Source of the DNA: Camelus ferus
Lineage: Eukaryota
Assembly: GCF_009834535.1 (NCBI RefSeq)
Contig: NC_045707.1
Location: 49,974,001-50,038,000 of the forward strand
Length of the DNA stretch: 64,000 bases
Direction of reading: 5' to 3'
Shown here: piece by piece, positions 35,490-47,749 of the stretch
Position numbering within the stretch: position 1 is the stretch's first letter
Layout: every line of letters starts with the position of its first letter
The notes under the pieces: model-generated
The model's database searches: none
Told to the model about the DNA's origin: nothing
Seen by the model: the letters and a program-made list of their open reading frames with translations, nothing else
Position numbers and translations under genes: made by a program

Positions 35490-36019
35490 CATTAGCGCAC
35501 AATGGCACTTCTCCCCTTCTGGGTTCTTGGCAGAAGCCCCTGTAACAAAAGACAGGTTAATAAGAGAAAAACAAACAGAAGTTTATTAACATGTGTATGG
35601 AATATACATGGGAGAAACTCAGAGATGAGTGACTCAAAGAGGTGGTTCCAAATTTGGGCTCCAGCACCATCTTCAGCTAAAACAAAGGAAGAAGGGTGTA
35701 GGGGAGGCAAGTTATGGAAAGGTGACCAGGAAAAGTATAATAAACAAGAGTGAGGCTTGTGGTGTAGATTTAAGTCTGTGTCTTCTCCGTGGACAGCAGT
35801 ATCTTGTGATTTGGAGTCAGCCTCTCCCTGGTACAGAGTAGGAGACGCTCTTACAAATGGAGATTTTTTTTTCTAAATGCCAGTGTTCTTTACAAAAGGA
35901 TACCCTCTACTCTGTTTTCAGAGCGCCTCCTGGGCCTTCTATTTCTCAAAATAATCAGCTTCAAATAATCGTCATGTGAAAGAAACACATTTCGGGGTGG
36001 CATGTTCTGATATCTGACA
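35490..36019 (-). mobile_element. MER34-like ERV1 solo LTR nested in an L2 (L2 flanks about 35300-35490 and 36020-36190)
   Basis: aaaagacaggttaataagagaaaaacaaacagaagtttattaacatg...tcaaaataatcagcttcaaataatc...tttcggggtggcatgttctga. The L2 3' end (ttgttgaacaaacaaatgaataaatga) resumes after it. Confidence 0.7.
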
Positions 36020-36279
36020 GCAGGTCACATGATACTACATTTTTATTTGTTTATGTATTTGTTTTCTGTCTTCCTGGAAAGTAAGGAGATGGTGACTGAA
36101 TTTTGTTCACTGTTCTATCTCCAGTGTCTGGTACAGAACAGACACATAAATAATTGTTGAACAAACAAATGAATAAATGAGTGAGTGAAGGGTGAGAGGG
36201 TGATTCAGGTAATCATCTGAAGTTGAGGCTGGATGGAAGGCAATGGAAGGAGATGAAGCCAGGAGGGAGCTGATATGCA

Positions 36280-36830
36280 CTTGCTGGTTCATTCAAAACT
36301 GTTTCTTGCGTGCCTGCTCTGTGCCTGCTGTGTTCTCAGTGCTGAAGACGATCAATGAAGAAAACAGGCAAAATTCCTGTTCTCTGTGGTTTATGCTGTA
36401 CTAAGGGAGAGAGGAAATAAGCACAATCAATAATGAATTGTGGACTGCATTAGAAACGGATCTGTGCACTGGAAAGTAGAGCAGGACAGGGAATCCAGAA
36501 CACAGGCAAGAGGGTGGGGCGGGCTGGGAGTGGATCATGAGAATCTTGAAGCCGCCCAGGTGAAGATTTTTCTAGGCAGAAGGTAAAGCTGGTGCAAGGG
36601 GCCTGCAGTAGGAGCAGGTCTGACATGTTCAAGGGACAGCCAGGAGGCTGGGGTGGCTACAGCCCGGGACAGGGGAGCCCGACAGGGAATAAAGAGGCTA
36701 CAGATATTGTTCTGGGCATCGGCAGCCACTGTAAGGATTTGGGTTGTGATTCTGAGCATGGGAAACCGTGTTGGATTTTAGGGAGTAGAGTAACATGTTC
36801 TAGGTTTTGTTTTAAACCGTTTTAAGAGAG
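36280..36830 (-). mobile_element. L2 fragment
   Basis: ttcattcaaaact...gtgcaaggggcctg...gccactgtaaggatttggg...gggaaaccgtgttggattttaggg. Confidence 0.7.
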
Positions 36831-38182
36831 AATTATCCCCACTTTATAACTAAGAAAACTTAAGTTCAGAGGGCAAGGTTATTTATGCAAAATCACAAAG
36901 CTAGTGGCCATGTGGGGATTGGAACCTAAGACATTCTACATCAGTGTTCTTAGCCAACACACACAGCCTCCCCAAAAGACACGTGTGGCACCAGGCACAT
37001 CCAGGGCCAGGGGAGCAACCTTCCATAGCCCTGCGAGACCCGAGAGTGTCCGGCCAGCAACAGGCATGATGCGCTACAGGCTCCCTTTGTGAGTTTGTCC
37101 TTCCAGCCTAGAGAGAGCCACTGCTCTTGATCACCCCTCCACCTGTGTGTAATATAAGTGAGTAAGCAGAGCGTCACCCAAACTCTCAGCCCCAGCCCCC
37201 AACTCCAGAGGAAGCTCTGTCCTTGAATGTCAGCTCCTGCCCCTCTCACACCCTTGGGAAGGGAGCTGCCCCACCCCCAGACCCTGAATTTTGTGGCCCC
37301 ATTTGTACCTATGATTCCGGGTACCGGCATTTATGACTCAAGGGCAGCCCATTCACTGGCTGGGATGTAACATTACTATGGCTCGGTAAAATTCTGTACG
37401 CATCCCAACTAGAAAATTCTAAGAGAATTTTAGATTAGGAGCAAATGCATAAGCAGAAGACGCAGTGGGTAGAGGTGGGCTGAGACAGGGCTGGGCCAGG
37501 CTGGCATTGTCTCAGTTCCTGAGCTGTTTATAGAAGTAATGCATGTGGATTCCTGCAATAGCCTTCATTTTTCCTAAGGTAACTTGAAAACTAACCAAGC
37601 CAAGCTAAAGCGAGTTTCCAGGTCACTCTTGATATTTTCAGAAGAGACTGCCTTCTGCTTCACATGGCACAGGGGCTCCCCCCTCTCCCCCTGCCTGTGC
37701 TGTCCCTGTGGCCGGCAGCTCTGGCAGTGCTGGGGAGCCAAACCCAGGCTGGAGTCAAGGTCAAGTCTCCTGACTTACATCAGTGGGATTCTCGACAATG
37801 CCTCCCTTTTCTGATTGATGTTCTAACCACGAAAAGCATTTCACCTTCTTCTTTTTTTTTTTTTTTTTAACCAGGCAACTTCCTCTTATTTTTTACCATG
37901 ACTGCTAACTTAGTCTGGAACTAGAGATCCTAAAGTAATCCTAGTAAGTTAAAGCCACCTTCTAATATTCAGTTCCATCCTATAGAGACTAAGTGAACAT
38001 CTATTATATGCTGAATGTTGGGAGCAACAGTGCATAAGGCAGATAAGTTCTCAGGGAGCTTCAGTCTAAAAAAAAAGTTAACAAATTTGTAGTCTTACTT
38101 TTGGCCTGGTGGCACAGTTCTGTTGTGTGTAGAGCTTTGGTTTAAGGGTCATAGAAAAGCAATGATTTCTCCTTTAAAACAA

Positions 38183-38415
38183 TTTTTTTTTAATTGAAGT
38201 ATAGTTGATTTACAATGTTGTGTTAGTTTTTGGGGTACAGCAAGTAATTCAGTCACATATAAATACATATATTCTTTTTCATATTCTTTTCCATTACAGA
38301 TTATTATAAGATATTAAATATAGTTCCCTATGCTTACAATAGGTCCTTGTTGTTTATCTGTTTTATATATAGTAGTTTGTATCTGTTAATCCCAAATTCC
38401 TAATTTATTCCTCCC
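38183..38415 (-). mobile_element. Artiodactyl-type L1 3' end
   Basis: ttttaattgaagtatagttgatttacaatgttgtgttagttt...ttaatcccaaattcctaatttattcctccc. Confidence 0.9.
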
Positions 38416-38844
38416 ATGGTTTCTCCTTCTTGTGAGCTTAACAACTTGAAGCTGGTCATTTGCTGACCCAGCAAACTCTTGGAACATATTGCAGGAAAAG
38501 TTGATTAAAGCTAAAGCCTGTCTGCTTGTCTCCTGGACTGAATACTTCCATTAAGTCTTGAATGTCCTCCTTGTTCCTTTAAATGTGGCGTCAGGCCAAG
38601 TCATTAACTTTCTGATAGCCTGTCCTTTCCTCCAGCTATCTGTTCCAGATCTGCACTCGGTGAATCAAGTTGCATGGATGCTTTGATGGAAATTGGGAAT
38701 GAACAAACATGTAGAATATAAAATCTGAAAGTATTTTGCCTCAACTGTTTTCTACCCTAGGTAAATGGAAAAGGAAAATTGAGTAAAACGATGATTTGCT
38801 GCCTGTTTTACATATCTGTGCAATCTTCTGTGGTTTCCCAGTCT

Positions 38845-41800
38845 TGTGTTTTAATTAACAGACAATAAAATTGACCTTTTTGTATGTACAGTTCTATAAA
38901 TCTTAACACATATATGAATTCATGTAACCATCACCAGGATCAAGATACAGAGCAGTTCTGTCACCCCCAGAACTCCCTCATGAGTTCTCCCTTTGCCACC
39001 ACACTCTCTCCCCAACCCTGAATCACAGAAAGACCAGTAGCCATTTATCTGTTGTCTATCACTATGACTTTGTCCTTTAGGGAATTTCATATAAATGGAA
39101 TCATTGCATATGTAACCTTTTGAGACTGGCTCCTTTCATCCAGAGACTAAAGCCCTTGAGATTTATCCAAGTTGTTGCATGGTTCAAAGTTGCTTTCATT
39201 GTCTTGCTGAGTAGTAGTCCAGTATTTGGATGCACCATGTTTATCGATTCACTAATTGAAGGACATTTGGGTTGTTTCCAGTTTAGGGTGATTATGACTA
39301 GAGCCACTGTGTAAACAATTATGTACAAGGTTTGTTTGTTTGTTTTGTAAATGTATTTATTTCTCTATGGTAAATATCCAGGAATAGGATTGCTGGATAT
39401 GGTGGGTGTAAATGTTTAGCCTTATTAAAAACTTCCAAACGTTTTCCAGAGGGTCTATATCATTTAACATTCCCACCAGCAAAGTGTGAGAGTCCCACTT
39501 GCTCTGCATCCTTGCCACCACTTGGTATTTTGGTAATTTTTATTTCAGCCATTCTAATAGATAATTAATTGTGGGTTTTAATTTGCATTTCCCTAATGGC
39601 TAGTGATGTTGAACATCTATTCATGGGCTTATCTGCCATCCATTCATTCTCTTTGGCATAGTATCTATTCAAGTCTTTTGTCCATTTTAATATTAGATTG
39701 TTTTCTTATTGTTGATATTTGAGAGTCCTTTATGTATTCTGGATGAATGTCCTTTTTTAGAAATATTGTTTGCAAATATTTCCTCCTAATTTGTAGCTTG
39801 CCTTTTCATGCTCTTAATATCTTTTACAGTGCAAAAGTTTTTAATTTTAGTGAAGTCCAATTTATCAATTTCTTCTTTTATGGTTTATGCTTTTAATGTC
39901 ATTTTTCTTTAGTTAGTTTGGTTTTTTTTACTCTTTAGACTGCTAGTATGGTAGATTACATTGACCAATATTCAACACTGAACCAGTCTTTCATTTCCAA
40001 GATAAATTTCACTTGGCATTGTATACTATTGTTTTTACATATTGTTGGATTTGATTTTGTTGAGGATTTTTTTGAAGGATAGATGACTTAAGATATTATA
40101 TTAGTTTCAAGTGTACAGCATGATTCAGATTTAATAGATTTAATAAATCTATTAAAATTTATTATAAAATAATGGCTGTAACTCCCTATGCTGTATAATG
40201 TATCCTTGTTCCTTATTTTATACAGAGTAATTTGTAGCTCTTAATCCTGTACCCTGATCTTGCCCCTCCCCTCTTCCCTCTCCTCACTGGTAACCACTAG
40301 GTTTGTTTTCTATATCTGAGTCTGTTTCTTTTTTGCTACATACATTCATTTGGTTTATTTTTTAGATTCCACAAATAAGTGATGTCATACAGTATTTGTT
40401 TTTCTCTGTCTAACTTATTTCACTAATATTCTCTAGGTCCATCCATGTTGCTGCAAATGGCAGAATTTCATTCTTTTTTATGAATGAAATACATATATAT
40501 ATATGTATATATATACCATATCTTCTTTATCTGCTTGTCTATTGATGGACACTTGGGTTGTTTCCGTATCTTGGCTATTATAAATCATACTGCTATGAAT
40601 GTTGGGGTGCATGTATCTTTTTCAATTAGTGTTTTCATTTTTTCTGGCTATATACCCAGGATTGGAATTGCTGGATCATATGGTAGTTTTATTTTTAGTT
40701 TTTTTGAGGAACTTCCACCCTATTTTTCATAGTGGTTGTACCAATTTATATTCCCACCAGTAGTGTACAAGTGTGCTCCCTTTTCTCCACACCCTCACCA
40801 ACATTTGTTACATATAGACTTGTTGAGGATTTTTGCATCCATTTTCATGAGAAATATTAGCCTCTTTTTCTTTTCTAATGTTCCCTTTAGTTTTTGTATC
40901 AGAGTAATGATGACCTCATAAAATCAGTTAGGCAACATTACTTCCTATTCTGTTTTCTGGAAGAGATTTTGTATAACTGGCGTTATTTCTTCTTTAAATC
41001 TTTGGTAGAATTCACCGGTGAAACCATCTGCATCTGGAAATTTCCTTTTGGAAAGGCATTTATTTATGAATTAAGTTCTTTAATAGGTATAGAACTATTC
41101 AGTTATCTAGTTTTTCTTGGGTGAGTGTTGGTAGTTTTTGTTTATTCTATGAATTGGTCCGTTTTTGTAAGTTGCCAAATGTATATATGTAGTTAATCAC
41201 AGTATTCCCTTATTATCCTTTTAATGTCTGCAGAATCTGTAATGATATCCCTTTTCATACTTGATAGTGGTAACTTGTGCCCTTTCATAGTCCTTCTAGA
41301 GACATGTATGGGAATGTATATCTATATATGCTTCTATAGATGTAGATATTATAGTCTTTTTTGAGAGCCAGCTTTTTGTTTCACTGACTTTTCTGCTGTT
41401 TTTCTGTTTTCTATTTTATTGATATGTACTCTTTAATATGTTCTTCCTTCTGATTGCTTTGGGTTTAGTCTTTTCTCTAGTTTCATGAATTGGGAACTTA
41501 GATGATTGGTTTGAAACCTTTCTGTTTTTCCTCATATAAATATTTAGTGCTATTAATTTCCCTCTATGTACTGCTTTCACTGAATCTCATACATTTCAAT
41601 GCACATATTTAACTTTTCAAAATTTACTTAGAATCAATATTTTACTACTTCTTGAAATAGAATATAGAAACCTTTCTACCATATAGATCTTTTTCCTTCT
41701 TGCTTTTTGTTGTAGTTGTGTTGTATACTACATTTATATACATTGAAAACGCCATCAGACAATGTTATAATTTTTTCTTTCAAGCATATTGTAAAATACT

Positions 41801-43100
41801 CAATAAAAAGAGTAGTATATTCCTCCAAAATATTTACCATGTTGTTGCTCTGCCTTCATTACTGACTTTATACGTTTCCCTCATTTACTTCTGTCTGAAG
41901 AACTCCCTTTAGCAGTTTTTTAAGAACAGAGCTACTATCAGTGAATTCTTTTAGTTTTTCTCCATCTGAAAATGTCTTTTTTTCCCCTTTAATTCCTGAA
42001 GAATATTTTCACTGGTTATAGAATTCTGTGTTGACAGTTCTTTTCCTTCAGCACTTTAAAAATACTGTTTCATTTTCTTTTCCATGATCTGATGAGAAAT
42101 CTGTAGTCATCCAAATTATTGTTTCCCTGTGAGTAATGTATTGTTTTTCTCCAGTTTCTTTCAAAATTTTTTCTTTGTCTTTAGTTTTTAGCAATTTGAT
42201 CATACTGTGTCTGGAGGTGGATTTCTCGAGGATTATCATTTTTGAGGGCTGCTGAGTTTCTTGAATTTGTAATTTTATTTCTCTTGCCAAATTTTGAAAG
42301 TTTTCAGCTGTTACATCTTTTCTGCACTACACTCTTTTCCCTCTTTTTCTAAGACTCTGATGATACAAATGTTAGTTTAGAGTCAGATGTACAAGTCAGG
42401 GGTCAGCCCAGGAATTCATAAACAACTTCAAGGAGGTTCAGTCCTGAACTCGTTTCTCTCTTTGATCTCGTTGGTATATCCTGGTTTCCTGGGACTCACC
42501 TTTTGGCCTTCAGGCCAGAAAACTGGGGTTCTGGTGACCCTACTGTTGTGCACTTCCTGCAGCTGACCCACATCTGAGACCAAGCGATGAAAGAACATAG
42601 ACAAAAACCACAAGAGTTTGCGTCATCCCCTTGGGACTACAGCTCCTCCAGTCAGAGAGGGGTGCTCCCTGTTCTCAGAGTTCTGGCTTCTGCATGCTCC
42701 TGTTACTACCACTGCTGCAGTGCTCCTCGGAGGCTAAAGTGAATGAGAACATGGAGAAAAGAAAAAAATAATTAAAAGAATGGTTTCCTCCCATCTCTCC
42801 AAGTGTTAGAATTTGCTTTTCCCACTCTTCCAGCCTGAATTAGAGGACCTCTCCCAGAGCTCTCTCTGCCTGCTCCCCATTCCCACTCTTTTTGAGTTTC
42901 AGGCAGCCTTGAGTTCATTTCAAGAGATAGCAGAGGGGGGAAAGTGACAAACTCACCATCTTGGTCACCTCCTTCTGCTACTACCTTCAGAGTCTTCAGA
43001 TGTTCCATGTGTTCTCTGCAGGCTTTAGAGCAGCATTCAGTGGCGGGGACAGGGTGCAATGAATGAATGTGCTTACTGTATTGTACCGAGAATCAAAACT
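38845..43100 (-). mobile_element. Old, internally deleted L1M element (3'UTR, ORF2 and ORF1 relics, probable 5' region)
   Basis: ORF2 C-terminal relic NWKQPKCPS (39101-39328, -). ORF1 relic LQIQETQQ...STSRHSMIKLLKTKDKEKILK...MTTDFSS (42048-42290, -). The 42430-43100 assignment is less certain. Confidence 0.8.
40072..40819 (-). mobile_element. Younger L1 3' fragment nested in the old L1, with a 15-bp TSD
   Basis: TSD TTGTTGAGGATTTTT at 40057-40071 and 40820-40834. The body contains ctctaggtccatccatgttgctgcaaatggcagaatttc. Confidence 0.85.
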
Positions 43101-43836
43101 CCTCAGTATTTTTAAAAACTCCTTCATGAGGCAAGAGAATGGTAGATGAAGTTCCTTATTCAAAATTTCCTTCTTAACCAAACGTTTAGACCTATTAATG
43201 CTAGGAAGAGGAAAAATTTAAATGTGGGTGGTTGAGGTGGGACTATCATGTAGTCATGTGAAACATTTTAAAGCCAAAAAAAGAAAAGTAAGCCTTTTAA
43301 GCTTTACTTTTACAGGCTTATATTTTACCCAGCACCATCTGTGGGAAAGGAAATAAGCAAAAGGCAAGAATTAAAATAGGTTTTGGAATCAGTGAAGGAC
43401 TAAAGAAAGTTTTACTGGGCGAGTTAGTATGGATTCAGGAAAGAAGGAAATACACTGTACTTACTGAGGTTTTTTTGTACTGTCTCCAAGCCAGGGCTTG
43501 CCAGGAATTTCCCTTTTTCCATTTACCCTGCTTATAAGCCCACCACAAAGACCAAGGCTTGGGTTTGCCTAAGCCTACGCTTGAGACAGAAATAAAACCC
43601 TTCTACCTCTTAACAGGGGACTGAGCTGTGAGACTGAAAGCTTTTCTTGTTGCTTATCTTCTTTTTTTTTAATTTTACAGTCTTGGGGATCCATAACATC
43701 ATTACCTTTTCCCACACAGATAGCTAGTTTTGGCTCTCATGTCCACATACTCCATGGAGTTAGGTCACAATAAAGATCACCCTTTATACAATGTGCCACT
43801 GTGTTAGCTGGTTTCAGTCTGAATGTATTAATTCTG

Positions 43837-43838
<2 letters not shown>

Positions 43839-43880
<42 letters not shown>
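43839..43880. repeat. (GT)21 microsatellite
   Basis: Direct reading. Confidence 0.97.
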
Positions 43881-43883
<3 letters not shown>

Positions 43884-44604
43884 TCTTTTGGGAACTTTCA
43901 AAGTCAGAGTTTAGCCAAGACTATAAGATCCTGAATTGGGAGTCTCCTGACAAGAGAAGTAAGGGTTTTCTCCAAACCCTTTCCTACCACAGTGTCTATA
44001 ATGGACTCCCATCCTATAACTGATTTGGTCAGAAACATTATTTCCTCTATTCTTTAAGGGGCAAGGTTGAGAAAAAGATTGCTGGGTATGATTTATAAGA
44101 CAAAAATACAGACTATTCATCCCAAATGAGATGCTAAATTTACTTTGAAAACCTGCTCTGTTTGCCCGGAGATGACTGTCATGGAAAACACCCTGGAGCC
44201 TCTGCTAAAATGAGGGTTGTTATTACCCAAAGCGCTGTGCCTCCTCTCGGGAGCCTGGCAGGAAACAGGGCTTGGAGTTTGGGGAAGTGAATTGCTGTCA
44301 GCCGAACAGAGCAGCCTAACCCAGAGCAACCAGATCGCAGGCTTTTCGGGGGCCGGGGACCACATGTTCTTTACTTTTACTCATGCTTGGTGTAGATCCT
44401 TCCACATGGCGGTAATCCATATAACTATTTCATTAAGTGGTATCTTGCCCAGATCTGAGAGTTGATTCATTCATCAGCATTTAATGAGTGGCCTGCTATG
44501 GGTGAAACTTTGTTCTAGTTCCATATACTGGGATAGGGAAAAAAGTAGAGAAATTCCTGCTTTTAAGAGACGGTTTTAGTGGCACAGGCAGAAGGCAACC
44601 AGTG

Positions 44605-44985
44605 GTCTCAGTCAGCTCAGGCTGCCGTAACAAAGTACCCTAGACTGGGTGGCTTATTTCTCATGATTCTAGAGACTAGAACTCCAAGATCAAAGTGTTG
44701 GCTAACTTAGTTTCTAGTGAGGCTCTCTTTCTGGCTTACACTTGGCCACCTTCCCTCCATGTCCTTACACAACAGAGAGAGACAGAGAGAGCGCGAGAGC
44801 AAGATCGAGAGAGAGCTGACTGTCTGGTGTCTGTTCTTATAAGGAAACTAATGCTGTCTGATCAGGGCTCCATTCTTAAGACCTCATTTAATCTTAATTA
44901 CTTCCTCAATCTACATGTAGCATGCTGAGGGTTAGGGCTTCAACATACAAAATTTAAGGGGATACAACTCAGGCCATATCACCAA
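44605..44985 (-). mobile_element. MLT1A-type MaLR LTR nested in an antisense L2 (about 44460-45250)
   Basis: gctcaggctgccgtaacaaagtaccctagactgggtggctta...tccaagatcaaagtg...acctcatttaatcttaattac...gggttagggcttcaacata. Confidence 0.85.
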
Positions 44986-45659
44986 CCAAATAAGTAAATA
45001 TAACGGCAGGTAGTCGTGTGTGGTAGGAAAAGAAAGTGGATGAGACTAGAGCAGTTTGAGGTCAGTTGATGATAATAGGCTTCTCTGAAGAGATGACATT
45101 AAGCAGAGGCTTCAGTGAGAGGCAGGAAGCAGTTCAAAGGGGAGATGGGTCAGTCTGAGGGACCAATGAGACAGAGGCTCTGGGCAGAAGAATGCTGGGT
45201 CACAGCAGGTAGATGTTTAGGGACCAGATAGAGTTGATCAGGGAGAAAGAACAGACGTTCTTAGTGAAGTAGCCTATAGGCTTCCTGCTCAGTCCCAAGT
45301 GGGAACCACCTTGACTCATCTGGTCCCAGTGTCTGGAGGTTACAAAGGGGAGGGAGTCTAAATGTATGTAGAACACTAAGTCTCTCTAATAATAAGAGCT
45401 CAAGTCTCAAGAAATTTTGGCCTGTCCCCAGAGACCTGAAATAATTCATTCAACAATTTGCAATAATTCGAAAGCTCTTCCTATGTGCCAGGTACTGTGT
45501 AATTACTCATTATCATGGCTTGGCAGAGAAACTGGAAAAATGTCCTTGGATCTTATTTTCCTGGGAGGTAATTAGTGCAGTGGTAAGTCAACTAGTCCTG
45601 TTGCGGGCTCGGAATACCTTGGACAGAACTGGCCATTTTGTCTTTCTGTTTTGCTCAGT

Positions 45660-46800
45660 CCTTCTCTTGGAGGGGTCCAGGCCTTAGTCTTTGGTTCTCC
45701 TCTCTTTTTACGTTCTCTTTCCAATTATCTCATCTAATCTTATAAATATAATCTCTATGCCTAGTAACCTGAAATTTACACTCACATCCACATATTTACC
45801 TCGGACTCTAGACTGATCTATACTTAACTACCTACTTGACCTCTCCATTAGGATGTCTGATAGACATCCCAAACTGACCGTGCCCGAGACTGAGCTCATA
45901 ATCCTCCTCCCAAGTCTTCCTCTAGCCACAGTCTTCCTCTTCTTAGTTAGTGACAGCTTCATCCTTGTTTAGTCCTGAAACCTCCCAACCATGCTAGACT
46001 CCTCTCTTTTCTCAAATCTCCTTTCCAACTCTTCAACAAAGTCTGTTGGTTGAAATTCAAAATAGATCCGAACTCTGACAATTATGTCCATGTCCACCAC
46101 CACCAGCCCAGTCTAAGCCCCATCGTTTTTCAGCTAGATTATTGCAACAGCCCCCTGGCTGGTCTCACTGCTAATGCTCTCCCTCCTTTGTAGTCTAGGC
46201 ACAGAATAGCAGCCAGACATTTTCAAAATGTAAGTCAGCTCCTGCCACTCCCTTACTCAACTTCTTGCAGGGGAGCCCCCATTTCAAGGGAAGTAAAAAA
46301 CAAAATCTTGCAGCAGCTTACAGTGATCTTTATTCTCATTAATTCCCTGGCCTCACATCTACTCCTTTCCTCTTGGCTAACCTCATCCTAATCACACTGG
46401 CTTCTTTGGTGTGAACTCTTCAGTTCCTTTCCTGCCCCAGTGTTCCCTCTGCTTGGATTCTCTCCCTACAGCTATACTCATGGGTATATCTACTTTACAT
46501 CTCTGCTTAAGTACCACCATCTTAGTGACACCTACCTGAACATCTTATTTAAAATTGCAATCTTCCCCACCATACTCCCTATCTCCCTTACCCTGCTCGA
46601 TTTTCTTGAGTATTTCTTATCACCATATGATACATCATGCAATTTCCTTATTGTTTGTTGTTAATTGTTTGTCTCCTCTCATGAAGCTCAGAAGGTCGAG
46701 TTCTGCCTGTTTTGCTCACTCATGTAATCTCAGGGGTCTAGAGTAGTGTCTGGTACGTAATAGATGCTCAGTAAATATTTGCTTTCTGAATTGTTCTTGA
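45660..46800 (+). mobile_element. L2 LINE 3' ~1.1 kb
   Basis: ctacttgacctctccattaggatgtctgatagacatc...aatgtaagtcagctcctgccactcc...gtctggtacgtaatagatgctcagtaaatatttg. Confidence 0.85.
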
Positions 46801-47344
46801 TGCAGATATGTTGCCCTCCCCACAAAACTATAGACTATATTTAATGCAGTGCCTTGTATTCTAGGCCTTTGATAAATGATTTTGACGGGCTGGTTAGCTA
46901 GAAGAATGTACCAATTGTGCAGCATGTCACAAAATTTTCTAATCTAGTTTCTAGTTCGTGAAAACTTTTGTGAGAATGTCATCATTATATAAAACACATT
47001 TCATTTTTTCCTTCTTATTGGAGTGTAATAGACATGTACAGTAAGACCTCTATCATGAGTGCACAGCCTATAGTAATTACACGAAATGAAGCCTCCCGTG
47101 TAACTAGTGCCCAGAGGAGGAAGCACAGCATTACCAGCTGCTGGATGCCCTCTTGTGCTGCCTTTCCTGACTCCTGGTATCATAGATTAATTTAAGCACA
47201 TTTATTTTAAAGACTCCATATTGGGATGTCAACGGTTTCAATAATGGTTATATAAAACTGATCGTATAGAATTGATCTGATTTTTCCCCTTGCTGACAAA
47301 GAAAATATAAAAAGGAAACATGTTTTAAAAAGCACAAACAAGGC

Positions 47345-47481
47345 GAGGAGGGTCCAGGTCAGTGGTAGAGTGCATGCCTAGCATGCACAAGGTCCTGGGT
47401 TCAATCCCTAGTGTCTTCTATTTAAAAAAAAAATTAAATAAATCTAATTACCTCCCCCCCCCAAAAAAAAGTTTAAAAAAA
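47345..47481 (+). mobile_element. Camelid Vic-1-type tRNA-derived SINE
   Basis: gagggtccaggtcagtggtagagtgcatgcctagcatgcacaaggtcctgggttcaatccc, with degenerate A box and B box GGTTCAATCCC (47398-47408), then the characteristic aaataaatctaattacctcccc tail and an A-run. Confidence 0.85.
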
Positions 47482-47749
47482 TCAAAACATAAGGAATTTA
47501 TCAGGTGCTCACATTTCAGAACAGACTTTCTGGAAAAAATTAATTAAACATAGATGTTGGATGCATCTACTTTTACCACATGGATAGACTATGAGATACA
47601 TTATTTGTTAGAAATATATGTCCAGTGCTAAGTTATTATTCTTTTATTGCTCTCTGGGCTTGAATATTGATGCTGTTATGTCTGTAAGGATTTTCTCACA
47701 TAAAGTAGGAATAAGCTTGCTGAAGAATCATTCCATTTAAATTCAGGGG

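Noticed and set aside
42048..42290. 80-aa ORF with protein-like composition
   Set aside because: It is a LINE-1 ORF1p relic, not a host gene.
47345..47415. tRNA-like sequence
   Set aside because: Degenerate A box, no proper acceptor stem and a SINE tail. It is a SINE, not a tRNA gene.
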